Assembly (NCBI GenBank): GCA_951406725.2
Contig: OX597831.1
Span: 1,426,001-1,490,000, forward strand
Length of the DNA: 64,000 nucleotides
Origin: Octopus vulgaris
Lineage: Eukaryota
Reading direction: 5' to 3'
Position 1 is the first letter of the stretch; every line of letters begins with the position of its first letter. A program made the position numbers and the translations under genes. The notes under the pieces were generated by a model. That model ran no database searches. It was not told where the DNA came from and saw only the letters and a list, made by a program, of their open reading frames with translations. Shown in pieces: positions 13,731 to 27,251 of the stretch.

Positions 13731-15425
13731 TTGTATATACACTTGTGTGCTTATGTTGGATATGAAGCTGTCTTTATAAATGATACTATAAAAATTCCAT
13801 GCATTCCAAGAACAGATTTCATTGTGGTTTTCATGTCAGGATCTCTATACACCATTTGCCATTTTCTGCTTTAAGTGAAATCCACAAAATGTTCCCTTCA
13901 TCCTCCTCAATCTATTTCTCAGTCTCTGTCACTCATCAGCCTGTCCCTAGCCATCACCACCCCCAGTCCAGACCATTAGGTATTAATCTCTTCTAATTTG
14001 AATTGATGTGTAGCTTGCCACGGTTTAAGCTGAGGAGGTAAATCCAATTTCAGATCGGGTGGCTGCAGTCTCAATTGTCATACCTTAATCATATTAATTT
14101 TCTTTTTATACCTACCACCACCATGACTACTGCTGGCGGTGGTCATGGTATTGTCATAAATGCTTATATTGAAATAAGATAGATGGAATATTGTAATGGA
14201 AAATTAGTTTCAGTCATTGTACTGTAGCCAGGCTGGGACACTGCCTTTAAGAGTTTTAGTCAATCATATCAACCCCAATATTTTATTCGAGTCTGTTAAT
14301 TATTCTGCCAGTTCACCATCTTTTATGGTTTCTGATTTTGGCACAAGGCCAATAAATTTTGATGGGGAGGGTAATAGTCAATACCATCAACTCCTGTACT
14401 TGGCTGATATTTTATTTTATCAACCCTAAAGAACAAAACGTAAAACAGATCTCAGCAGGATTTGACCACAGAACATACAGGTCTGTAACTGAATAACATA
14501 GGGCATTTTTGCCAGCACTCTCACTATTCTGACGATTCATATCCCTAATAATAATAATAATAATAATAATCCTTTCAACTATAGGTACAAGGCCTGAAAT
14601 TTTGGAAGAGGGGGCTAGTTGATTACATCAACCTCAGTACTTGACTGGTACTTATTTTATTGACCCCAAAGGATGAAAGGCAAAGCCGACCTCAGCGGAA
14701 TTTGAACTCAGAGTGTAAAGTTGGATGAAATCTGCTAAGCATTTTGCCTGGTATGCTAATGATTCTGCCAGCTCACCATCTTGGCAGCATTTGAACTCAG
14801 AACATAAAGCCAGATGAAATGCTTTTATGCTCTTTGTCTGATGTGCTAACAATTCTACCAGCTTGCTGCAGTAGCTTCAAATTTTCGCCTGAAATTGTGG
14901 GGAAGAGAGGTAGTCAATCGCATCAACCCCAGTGCTTGACTGGTATTTATTTCATTGACCCCAAAAGGATGAAAGGCAATGTTGACCTCAGCGGAAACAA
15001 CAACAATCCTTTCTGTTATAGACACAAGGCCAGCAATTTCGTGGGGTGGGGAAGTTGACTGCATTGTCTCCAGTACTTATTTTATCAACCCATAAAAGAG
15101 AAAAGGTAGAGTCAACCTTGGTGGCATTTGAACTCGGAATGCAGCGCGTCAAAAGAAATGCCACTAATAATTTTCTCTAGTGTACCAATGATTCTGCCAC
15201 CTTGAGACCTTAATCATAATGGTTTCAAATTTTGCCGCAAGGGCAGCCATTTTGGAGGAAGGGGTGAGTCAATTGCATCGACCCCAGTGTTTCACTGGTA
15301 CTTAATTTATTGACCCTGAAAGGATGAAAGACAAAGTCGACCTCAGCGGAATTTGAACTCAAAACATAGCAATACTGCTAAGCATTTTGTCCAGTATGCT
15401 ATCAGTTCTGCCAGCTTGCTGCCTT
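13230..15425 (-). repeat. Cluster of head-to-tail decayed SINE family B copies interleaved with (AAT)n
   Basis: Repeated modules 'caaggcctgaaattt...ccccagt..actggtactt.ttttat..accc.gaaaggatgaaaggcaaagt.gacct.gcggaatttgaactcag...ctgccagct' at about 13230, 13455, 14330, 14570, 14875, 15005 and 15220. Confidence 0.75.
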
Positions 15426-16149
15426 TATAATAATAATAATTATAAAAATATTAGAATTAATAAACAACCTAACACTGTTTAAAAATTATTGTTAAATTTA
15501 TGTAACCCCTTAGTAATGGTCTGTGATGTTCTTATATAAATTCTCTTTTTATTGAATGAAAGAAGAAAAAAATTTTAGATTACAAAAAAAAAAATCAATA
15601 AAAAAGGCAATATGTAAAAAAAAAAATGGTTTTTAATTTATTTGAGAAGCCTCAGACAAGAAGAAGGAAGTTCTTCTTTAATTGGAATGTCTTTCTCATG
15701 TTCGTGCTGTTGTTCTTGGTTTATCTTCAGTCTGGGAATGCTGAGAAATGGTTATTCTGTAGATTGTTGCTACTAATGATGAAATGGACATATTGGGCAA
15801 CTGCCAACATTATCTCTCTCCCTTCCCTCCCCATCACTCTTTCCCTCTCCTAGACTTCTCTCTCTCTCTCCATATATATACACACACACACACACATCTC
15901 AAACACAGATTATCTCTTTCTCTCCTCCCTTTCTCTGTGTCTCCTCTCTTTTTTTCTGTTCATATATGTATATATTTTATAGACTTATTCAGTCTTTATT
16001 TCTTTTATTCCTTCTACTTCACTCACTTTCTCCATCTATTCCTTTTTTTCTCTCTCTTCACACACAGACGTACATAGATACACGTAGATATGTATACACA
16101 CGTGCACATACACACACACACACACATTTAGTGTAGTTTCAATTAATAA

Positions 16150-16400
16150 ACCTTTTAATTTCATGTCAATTATTAAGAAATATTTTATATCCATTCCACA
16201 ACAATTTCTTTCCAGAATCTTCAGAAATGCTCTAAATATTTTTTCTACCTGTCTAATTTTCCCACTCAACGTTTCATAGATTGATGTTTAATTGTTATTA
16301 ATAACATCTCAAGTATCTAAAATGTCTTTACAAAGTCAACAGTCGACAGAGTGTTCTGAGAGCTTTTCTCTCTTTTTTTCTTTCATTTCTTTTCGTTTTG
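16150..16400 (-). pseudogene. Possible LINE ORF2 C-terminal remnant
   Basis: Minus frame reads EKLSEHSVDC*LCKDILDT*...SIYETLSGKIRQVEKIFRAFLKILERN, resembling the E-H-x-x-x-C knuckle and terminal helix of non-LTR ORF2. Confidence 0.35.
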
Positions 16401-16898
16401 CTTTTTCTCCCCTTTTACTGATTGTCTCGTGTTGTCTAATTTCATTTCCATCATCTAAATGCAGTGTTGGCCTATACAGCCTAGAGACAAAATATGCATC
16501 GCTGATTTCCTCTTGCATTATCTCAGTGTCTGAGCTGTTTTCTCACTTCCATTGGGGGGAAATGTTCAACTTAGCATAGTGATCTAATGACACAGCCCCT
16601 AGTCTCACAGTACTGTAGCTGTTTACAGTGGTGAACTAACCAGCTCATGTTGGACTGAGTTTATAGACAGTGATATATGTGTCTTGGCCACAGATGAAAT
16701 ACAATACTAGCGTCTGACTACAAACCACTCACCTCCTGCTTGGTTAGCTGATATCCTTCCGACCTGGTCATCAAAGCTCTCACATTAGAATTAAAATGAA
16801 TAAAACCTGATGGTATACAATGATTATGAGGTCATGGGGCTGAACATGCTGATCAGATGGTCATGCATTCAAATTTTACTGCAAGATACTCAACTTTG

Positions 16899-17145
16899 CT
16901 TCTTCTTCTTCTTCTTCTTCTTCTTCTTCTTCTTCTTCTTCTTCTTCTTCTTCTTCTTCTTCTTCTTCTTCTTCTTCTTCTTCTTCTTCTTCTTCTTCTT
17001 CTTCTTCTTCTTCTTCTTCTTCTTCTTCTTCTTCTTCTTCTTCTTCTTCGTCTTTTTCTTCTTCTTCTTCTTCTTCTTCTTTTCCTTCTTCTTTTCCTTC
17101 TTCTTTTCCTTCTTCTTTTCCTTCTTCTTCTTCTTCTTCTTCTTC
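16899..17145 (+). repeat. (CTT)n / (GAA)n trinucleotide tract, ~247 bp
   Basis: About 50 uninterrupted CTT units followed by an interrupted 3' portion. Confidence 0.95.
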
Positions 17146-20100
17146 AGTTTAACCTAACTGACTGGTAACAAGTTTAATTCTTCTTTCACATTCAAGCAAT
17201 TAATTGAAAGAAAGGGATTCACTTATAAAAACAACCACAGCATTCACTTCACCAAAATCCATCTGGCTTGCACTAAACATTTTAAAATATAGCGAAAATA
17301 TTTTGGTTAAGTATTGATTTCTTGCTTAAACAGAAAACCACATTTATAGGAGATGGGAAATAAGATTAAATGACATTCCTGCTTTTCCCTTCTGATTAAG
17401 TCTTTTCCATGAATCACAACTAAGTCATGGATGAGCCAACAAAGAAACCACTCTGTAGTGGATCAGCCTAAAGGATGCATCACACACTGTTGTCCTGCAT
17501 ATTTGAAAAGATGGAATGGTCAAGGTTGAAACCTACTTCATCATGGGCCTGCTCAACCAGTGCTAAACAACAACTTAGTTGATGGTTTGTGTTTCAAAGA
17601 ATTAACATCTTGCTTTTTTTTAATGTCATTGGCTACAGTTTATTCAAATATTGATTCTTCATATTAGTACAAGTCCACACAAATTTATAGGGGCAGATTG
17701 TAATCTATCAGGTCCTGTCTATAATGATAATTTATCTTAAGAGCCCTAGTCAGAGGAAAAGCAAAATCAATTCTTGTCATGTGTTCAATGTGGAGTGCAA
17801 AAAGGACAGAACTGAATCCTGAAAACATTTAGTCTAGTGCAGTGTTGTTGCTGTCATTCTTATGCTTTAATTCATTCAAGTATTAGGTACTTTATGGCAG
17901 CCTTTAACCCAATGAAGTATTGGTCAGAGCTTAATGGTTTGTGGAATCCCATCAGGATTATAATGTGTTTATTAGATACAATGTACCAGTTCTTTAAAGT
18001 GTGAATTTATTTCTGAATTATTATTACTGGTACTATAGATCTTTGATCAGAATTTTATAGCACTGCTACTTAATATATTGATTCTGGGATGAAGGAAGGA
18101 CAAAGTTGAACCTTAGGGTGATTTTGAACATAGAAAGTTGTGGATGAAACTAAAATACTACAGACATTTTAATACTAAAATACCGTAGACATTTTCGTCT
18201 GATTCTGTCTCATTTCTGTCACGCTTACAACTCTACTTTAATCAAAGTGGCTGAGACAGCAGGTATTAAATTAATTAATTTCTTCTGACTAAATTTAATT
18301 TGTGGCCATCACTACCATCGGGGCTTTTTAATACTGGTGTGGTTGATGTATATAAAATATTATTAGTAATATAGCATCTAGACTCTGCAGAATTAGTCTT
18401 CATGGAAACGGCAAAGGAGCAGAAATGGCAGAATGTCAACTAAATTCCTTGTAGTTGTTAATTTTATTCTTCTTAGTTGTAATTTCAACAAGATCAGCTT
18501 TGTCTTCTAGCTTTCAAGGTTCTATAAAATAGACACCGATTGTAACTTACTATTGGTTGAATGTATCCCTTCTCCAGAACATCTAACCTTGCACCACAAC
18601 ATACATACATACATGCATGATGGACTCTCCTGTCGAAGGTGATGTATGAGCTTTCAGTTTTTGCCAAATGACCTGCACAAATGATTGTTTATAGTGATCA
18701 AATGTTCATACCATTCATTAGCTCACTCACTCCAAATCGATGTTGCTTGAACAGGTGTATGGTGTTCCATGCTTCAGGTGTCCAAGTGATTGCAGAGCAA
18801 TGTGAGATGAGGTGTTTTGCCCAAGAACACAACACACCACCCAGTCTAAGAATTGAAACCATGATTTTGCATGCAACACCCTAACCACTAGGTCATGCAT
18901 CCTCACTACATACATACATACATACATACATACATACATACATACATACATACATACATGCATGGGCTGTGAGAAGCTATATACACTCAGGCGCTTTTCA
19001 CTTTTTGCTGGAATCCACAGGTTTGCTTGATTCTGGCTTTTGATAAATTTTTTTTCAGTATATCATTCTGCTCACTTCCAATCTTGTTTTGCTACTTCTC
19101 TACCTTGTTATTGACATGTACAACTTTTCTAAAATTGTTTCAATGAAAATAAATATAATTTTTAGCATTCAAATGGAAAATCAGTTGGCTCATGATACAA
19201 AAGAAGAATTTTTTTCTTCTAGGAGAACAGACTCCATATGAGGAGACTGTTGCTTCATGTTCCATAGATTTTGTCTAGAGGGCAGGAATTTGATCCATAA
19301 CAAAATTACTATTCAGAGGCATCTTATCTCAACCCAACATGGAAAATGTTTTACTGCCAAAGCATATATAAGTTCCAGAAATGTGAATTATTCTTGCTGC
19401 TTGTCATCTGCTTTCTAAATAGGCTCAAAATAATTCTCAAAAAAATATCCTACTTCTTTGGTCTCTATATTTCTAGTTCTGTTGTTATACTTCTTTGTTC
19501 ACATTTTGCTGGTCATAAGAGCTGTTATAGAGTGGTTCAAATTTGCTCTGCATACTGGTGAACCGAAGAAGCATAGTAACACTCCAACATTTACCCTGGC
19601 TACAAATATGTACCATTTGTGGGAGAGGGGTAGTTGGGGAAGCCATGCAGACCGACACACACACACACGCACACACACAAATTCGCATTTATTAGTATAG
19701 ATATATATTCAAATTTTTGAAGAGATATTCACTGGAGCAATAAACTGGTTCATAGCTCTGCTGTTGGCTAGTACTTCAATAGAATTCTTAAATAGCATTT
19801 TCTACAAAGAAACTGTATTGATTCTGACTTTGAAATAATCCAATTTTCTAAATATTTATAAGTTCTAACATGTTTAGTATTAATAATATTCAACTAGTTT
19901 TCATTGAAAAAGCGAATAGCAAGATAAAGGATCTTCATTTCTTCATTTTACTTTTTTTCCTCTCTGCTGTTGTTGTTATTATCATTATCATCTTTATTAT
20001 TATTATCGTTATTATCATTATTGATGATTTTATTTTGGCAGTTATTATCTCTTATTCATTGTATTATGTTCTTATGTCACTCTCTGTGTTTCAGTCTTCT

Positions 20101-21334
20101 TTTGTCTGGTTTCCCTGTCTGTGACAAGTCATTCTTAAAGCCAAAAAGCTCAAACACATATTCTCAATTGCAGCTGTTTTAACTGCCTTGTCTTGTCCCT
20201 CTTTAAACTTGCATATATCTGTCCGAACTTACTGACCAAATCTCTTTTGTACACTTTTCAGAGAACAAGCACAAATATGCAAATTAAGCTATTTGCTACA
20301 GTGATAACATAATTTATGACTCCTTTATATATTATAGATGAATATTCTATGTTGTTATTGATTAGGGAAGTAAACAGACTGTGTCTCCTCTGGAGAGCAG
20401 TCAACAAACCTGGAAACCCTCCCTTATGTTTTTCTGCACTTCAAATGCAAAGAAGGAATGTATTTATATTCATATATTTCTCTCACAGCTTGGCTTTCTA
20501 ATATTTAAATTTATTTCTGTCCTTTTGATTCATGATCAGTTGTTGCATTATTTCCCTCCCCCCCTCTCTCTCTCTCTCTCTCTCCATATATATATATATA
20601 TATATATTATAAGTGCAAGCAAAAAAAAAACGTGGTTGAGAATTTTGCATGTAACTATGTGATTCTGAGTTCGATTCTACAGCACATCACTTTGGATAAA
20701 TTTCTTCTACTACAACCTTAGATTGACTAATGCTTTGCAAGTGGAGTTTCATGTACAGAAACTGTGAAGAAGCCCATTGTGGGTGTGTGTATCATCACCA
20801 TTATCATCACCATCATTTTACATCTGTTTTCCATGAGTTGACTAGTTCACCAGACTGAGTCAGTTCCTATTAGGAGCTCCTAACAAATATGAACTCTCTC
20901 TCTCTCTCTCTCAACACACACACATTCATTTGTTTGCATCCACTTTTCCATGCTAGCATGGATTAAATGAATACATAATTCTGAAGTATTGTTCTTATAA
21001 TTGGAAGTCTTTCCTACCACTAACTTTTTAGCTCTTTCTCAACTAAGGAATTTTTCTTAATTATGCATATTTTTAGGAGTAATTATGCACATTTTTAGAA
21101 GCTGGGTGATGACGTATTGAGAAGGGATGACAAGGAAGTTTACCTTTTTGTAGCTTAAAGCTTTTTCATGTAAACTTTCACATAACCACTCCCCATACAT
21201 ACATACACACACACATGCATACATAAACACAAGCATACATACACACAAGCATACATACATGCATGCATACATACATACATGCATGCATACATACATGCAT
21301 GCATACATACATGCATGCACACATACACACACAA

Positions 21335-21660
21335 GACAACCTCAAGGACAAGAAGCCATCGCTGCTCATAATAAAAATGTGAACTGATGGAATGTCCCAG
21401 TGAAAACCTCAAACAAATGTAAACTCAATCGACCTGACACAATGATTTGGGATGGAGAAGAGAAACTGTGTACAGTTGTGGTAATCAGCTGCTCTGTAGA
21501 TGTTAACATAAAGCTAAAGATCAGCAAACAAGAATATATCTACACAGAACCTTTGAGAAATTTGCAGTTATCCTATCCAGATTACAAGTTTAGGTTTATA
21601 CTTGTAACTATTGGGGCACTGAGATATGTAACACTGCCTAAATACCAATCTTGAGAACCA
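21335..21660 (+). pseudogene. Restriction-like endonuclease (RLE) domain fragment of an R2/R4/NeSL-type non-LTR retrotransposon
   Basis: WNVPVKTSNKCKLNRPDTMIWDGEEKLCTVVVISCSVDVNIKLKISKQEYIY...FILVTIGALRYV; fits the RPD...E...K..KY...V.IGALG motif series. Confidence 0.75.
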
Positions 21661-21836
21661 CAAGCTCTGGGGGTTGCTCTGTGCTACAGTAGAAATCAAT
21701 TCCCCTCAGTGCCCAATGAAACTGAACACAAAATCATGTGTTTGAGAAGTGGACCTCGTAACCACACAGCTGTGAATGCATTTTTGCTCATGCAGGCATG
21801 GTATGCCTTTTATGTTCAAAATTAATTTAGACATTT

Positions 21837-22235
21837 CAGGAGTGGCTGTGTGGTAAGTAGCTTGCTAACCAACCACATGGTTCCGGGTTCAGTCCCACTG
21901 CGTGGCATCTTGGGCAAGTGTCTTCTGCTATAGCCCCGGGCCGACCAATGCCTTGTGAGTGGATTTGGTAGACGGAAACAGAAAGAAGCCTGTCGTATAT
22001 ATGGATATATATATATGTATGTGTGTGTGTTTGTGTGTCTGTGTTTGTCCCCCTAGCATTGCTTGACAACCGATGCTGGTGTGTTTACGTCCCCGTCACT
22101 TAGCGGTTTGACAAAAGAGACCGATAGAATAAGTACAGGGCTTACAAAGAATAAGTCCCAGGATCGATTTGCTCAACTAAAGGCGGTGCTCCAGCATGGC
22201 CACAGTCAAATGACTGAAACAAGTAAAAGAGAAAG
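21837..22235 (+). mobile_element. SINE family A, full-length copy
   Basis: caggagtggctgtgtggtaag head, B box ggttcagtccc, core-like atcttgggcaagtgtctt, tail ...ccagcatggccacagtcaaatgactgaaacaagtaaaagag. Confidence 0.85.
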
Positions 22236-23584
22236 AAAAGAGAGAGATATGATAAGATTTATGGCAAAAGGAAATAAGTACCGGGTGGATATCATTAACT
22301 ATAACTTTTGAAAGCAATGTACCAGTATGACTGGAATGAATAGGAAAGAATCACTCCATCTTATGTCCAACCTATGCCAGCATAGATAGATAGATAGACA
22401 GGCACAGACAGACAGATAGTATTTTGTGTGTATATCCTGATACCTCATCACCATCATTGTTTCTCTCTTTCCATCTAGGGTAGTCATGTATTCCCTTTAC
22501 AAAAGCCACTTACTACTGTCTCTCTATTATACTTCAACCTGTCAATGACTGATATATAAAGCCTTCTCCCTCAATATTATGCCCTCTCCACACACTCAGA
22601 GGAAGGAAGGGTCTTATCTTGTGAGTTGCCTCACTGGTGCTGCTGCCATGAAAAAAGCACCCAGTATACTCTGTAAAATTATTGGTGTTAGGAAGGGCAT
22701 CCAACCATAGAATCCATGCCAATGCAGACATTGGAACTCAACACAGTTCTCAGTCCAGCCCAGTATCAAATATGATTTGAATGATGATGATGATAATTTA
22801 GAAACCAAGTCCAGCAAAAAATGGGGATTTTTTTGCTTTGTTTTGTTTTTGTTTTTACCGAGAAAAAATCTAATTCAAGCAAGAAACCATGAGATGTTGG
22901 TCTTCATGTCTCATCATTGTCACATGTGTATGTGTGTGTGTTTGTTTGCGTATGTAGTTCTCCAAGAATTACCCAGCTATGGGCAATGCCTTTGCTATTA
23001 TTTTCTTTGTCAAAGGGTTATCTGCTGACTTTGCTTCTTCAAAGATGTGTAGAATAAAATATCTCTTGCTTGAAAAACAGGTAACGATTTGCAACAGGAA
23101 GGGCATCCGGCTCTGAGGTAATGTTTCAACAATATATTCATCCCACTCATACTAGCATTGGAGAAAAAAAAACATAAAAATGAACATACCACCTCAGATA
23201 AACAGACTGTTTTTGTAATACTGGAAATATGCACAAAAAGAAAAACAAAAAGACACAGGAGGGACAGGTTCTAATAAATAGTGTATTACTTTAATACCTA
23301 AAGGAACATTTTGGGCATTAGTCCTTCAGCAGAAGAAAAGCATAGAAGGAATGAAAAAGAGGGAAAGTTGTTGAGAAGCAAAAAAAAAGCAGGTAAATGG
23401 GGAATTCGGAAGAAAGGAGAGTGTTTACATATAAAGGAGTGTATCCATGCTTTAGATGGACATAAAATAGGGGAAGTGATGCGTTTGTGTGTTTTTTGGG
23501 TATGTGCTTGTGTATGGAGGAGTGCAAGTGCTGAACTATAGTGGCTTGGGTTAGCAGGGGTATAACGTGTTTATGTATGTGTGT

Positions 23585-23947
23585 ATTCTGTTACTTGTTT
23601 CAGTCATTTGACTGCGGCCATGCTGGAGCACCACCTTTGGTCAAACAAATCAATCCCAAGACCTATTCTTTGTAAGCCTAGTACTTATTCTATTGGTCTT
23701 TTTTGCCAAACTACTAAGTGGAGGGACAAACACACACACACACACAAGCATATACAAATATATATATACACATACATACACACACAATGAGCCTCTTTCA
23801 GTTTCCATCTACCAAATCCACTCACAAGGCTTTGGTCGGCTAGAGGCTGTAGTAGAAGATACTTGCCCAAGGTGCCACTCTGTGGGACTGAACCCGGAAC
23901 CGTGTGGTTGGGAAGCAAGCTTCTTACCACACAGCCACACCCGTGCC
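23585..23947 (-). mobile_element. SINE family A copy, inverted relative to 21837
   Basis: Reverse complement of the 21837 copy with a small internal deletion. Confidence 0.8.
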
Positions 23948-25090
23948 TATGCATAATCTATACATATAAATTTGACATGGGCGATACTTTCTTGTCTTGG
24001 GATTCAGAGTCAAACAGCTGAGTAGAATTGCACGAAAAATTACACAGATGTGTAGAATGATCCGGTGGTGATGCTGGGCTTTGTATTTTTTCATAGCTCC
24101 CATGGTTACTGAGATAATCTTCTATAATAATACTCTTGTGTTTATGAATGAGAAAGGAAGGGTGATGTCATACTTGGTAGTGGGATGATGAAAATTGTAT
24201 GCTGAAAAAATAAATCAAACAATGTTTCAACTCTGTGAATATATGTGTGTGTATGTAAAAGGGGGAGGGTATGTGAATGTGTGGGTGTGTGTGTCTGTCT
24301 GCGTGCACATGTGCGCAAGGGAAGTGGGATGGTTCATCTTTGTTCGCTTAGTATTTGAGTTTATTTTTTGTTTTGGTTGAATCTTGGTTGTTGTTTTTTT
24401 ATTTTTGTTTTTGTTGGTCAGTTATTTTTAGTGTTTTGACAGAAAAAGTCATTCTAAAATTGCTTTTTAACATAAGCGTGCCCAAACAAGTCGAATGCTT
24501 ACACAGAGCAGGTTTTACAACCACCTCAACCAAACCGACCAGGTGAAACCAGGCTTAGCTGCTAGTATATTTATAAAACTAAGAGTTCAATAAAATATAA
24601 CTTGAAATTTCATTATTTTATTAAAACTGGGAGAAGAAAGTGAAAATTTTAAAATGTCACTTTAACTTTAATGACGTTTCAGTTGCTAAGTTCAGGACGA
24701 CTGTTAATTTATGGATGGGTTAAGGTGGGGTTGGGGCAGATATGGCATGTACACTTTACTGTTACATAGAAAGCATTCAGGTCATCAACTATTTTGTTTC
24801 TCTTCTGTGTTATTTAGTGCTGGAAACAATATTTCACGTCAATACATTGGTGAGAAAATGGTTTGGAGTGCTTTTGCAAGTATTTTTTAAGAGCACCAAC
24901 ATTTTCAGAAATGCAATTCCACACTTTTAGAAGTCATATTGTGAATGTTTATTCACAATTAATTCACATTCAGTTCCTTACAAATCAGTTCAACATGTAA
25001 TGGGTTTTTTTTTTTACTTTAAAATGCAATTGGAATGGAAGTCAATTAACTGCATTTTTAGATCTCTTAAATCCAACCATCCAAATGAAT

Positions 25091-25314
25091 TTAACCCTTT
25101 TGTTATCATATTTCTGTTAAAATGCATTACGTTGTTTCAATTAATTTAAAAATATAATGAAGAATTTTGTAAAATAACCATGTCAGTATTAAGCTGAGGT
25201 TTAGAACATTAACAGGAAATTTTGTTGGAAGGTTTTAAGTGAGGTCACTTTAAAACAGGAAATTTGTATCATAGTACCAAAGGTGGTCTCAGGCGGGTTG
25301 GTGTCAAAAGGATT
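25091..25314. mobile_element. piggyBac-type MITE family B
   Basis: TTAA|CCCTTTTG 5' end and decayed ...caaaaggatt 3' end; homologous to copies at 43031-43479, 43084-43302 and ~58280-58497. Confidence 0.7.
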
Positions 25315-26761
25315 CTAGATTCAGATCTTTAAAACTTGTTTCATCAGGATATTTTATAAATCATATTTATTTCCTATGACTCACTAAATTGCGAAATCTA
25401 GAAGAAAACTGCTCAGTAACAGCCCTTAGAAAACAAGCCACAGCTATCACTCACAAACAAGTATGACCTGGTAACATGTACCATATTGTTGTTGTTTTAG
25501 GTGCCCATGTAGCTGTGAGCAGACATAGACATCCTCTCAGTCCTCCTACTCTTTACTCAGCAGAACATTGAAGATGTAGAAGCTGGAGGGTGAGCAAGAG
25601 CTGTACTAGCACTGGACCTCTACTCATTTTTAGTTGAATAGACTAAAGCAATGTAAAATGAAGTGTTTTGCTCAAGGAAATAATGTGTTGCTTGGTCCAG
25701 GATTGAACTCACAACCTTATGATCAGAGACTCAATACCCTAATCACTAGGTCACAGAAAGCTTCTATAAGTTATTTTGTGTGTTGTTCAAACTTTTAGTT
25801 TCTTCAAAAAATTTCTTCATCCTTGGGAAGTAATTGAAACTTTTACTTTCTAATTCACACTGAGCTATGTTGAGTTTACTTTGATCAAGTGAAACATCAC
25901 ATCAACAGATTTCCTAGACTTTGCAATTTAATATTAAGCTCATTCAAATGCAATGGAAGATTCCGGAAATCTCTGAAGTCTACCTGGAGATGAAAATTGT
26001 GTTCCATGCTTTGTTTATCTAAAAATAGTTTGATTTTACTTATACGTTCAACAAACCATTCAAGTACTTGACATTTGACTCAAGCATCTTACATTATTGT
26101 ACATTAGTTAACTGTTGTAAATTGATTCAGTTTCATTTGAAAGTAAATTTTCATTTATGCAAAGTCATAGCAGTTATTGAATTGACTATCTTTACCACAA
26201 CTGTCATTGCATTATCAAAATATTTAAAGTCGGTTTTTGCATATATTATTTCCTGATGTATAATACAATGGAAAGAAACAAGGAGATGACCAATAGCCTC
26301 TGTAAATTACTCTACGAAGCCAACATTTTGGCATACTGTGTTAGAGACACTGTCAAAAACAAGCAAAACTGTTTTTGACAAATCTATTTGTCTTTCAATA
26401 AACACTTAGCAAACACAATCACTAATGTCTTTCCCTGGCATATTTTGAAACAAATTCTCTGACTTAATCAATTCCTTATGAAAAACATCTCTGAAAATGT
26501 GCAGTAATAACTTATCTCGCTGATGATCTAATATCAGTCAGTGGTCTTATCAAAACAAATAGAATAAACAAAAATCACAAGTATCTGTTTCTTCAGTTTG
26601 ATTTTCTGTCTTAGTGTCCATTTTCATAATTGCCTTTAATAGTATTTCCGTTTATTGCTAACTTGTTCACACACTTTACAATGATGCCCCTATTAGGAAA
26701 GTTTTCAAACGCTTTAATAAGTATACTGTCACTTAGTGATTTTCCATGAGGAACACAGCAT

Positions 26762-27145
26762 TGCATGTGTGATAAGGAGTTTGCTTCCCAACTGCATTCA
26801 GTCCTACTATGTAGATCAGTCCCACTGTGTGGCATCTTGAGTGTCTTCTACTATAGCTCCAGTTTGACCAGAGCCTTGTGAGTGGATTTGGTAGATAGAA
26901 ACTGAAAGAAGCTCATAGTGTATGTATGTGTGTGTTCTTTTGTTACGCTTGTCCTCAACCACTACTTGACAACCAGCATTTATGTCCCTGTAACTTAGCA
27001 GTTCAATATAAGAGATCAACAGAATAAGTATCAGGCTTCAAAGCAAATAAGTACTGGGCTCAATTTGTTCAGCTAAAACACTTCAAGGTGGTGCCCCAGC
27101 ATGGTCGTTGTCAAAATGATTGAAACAAGTAAAAAAGATAGAAGA
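26762..27145 (+). mobile_element. SINE family A copy inside the hAT transposase
   Basis: Family A core and tail motifs (atcttgagtgtcttctactatagc...gtggatttggtagatagaaactgaaagaagc...ccagcatgg..gaaacaagtaaaa). Confidence 0.75.
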
Positions 27146-27251
27146 CATATAAAATAATAATAAAATTCCCTGCTACTAAAAGTTCTGCCAAGAATTTTAG
27201 TAAGTTTTCTGATTAGGAAAGCTTTCATCTTAGCTTTTGAGATATATATTG

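Noticed and set aside
15626-15853. 75-aa ORF with a basic stretch followed by a hydrophobic segment (signal-anchor-like)
   Set aside because: No recognisable homology, splice structure or promoter; T-rich DNA readily yields hydrophobic ORFs.
16810-17168. Poly-F / poly-L ORFs (also poly-L/Y/I at 36086-36548)
   Set aside because: Trinucleotide microsatellite artefacts.
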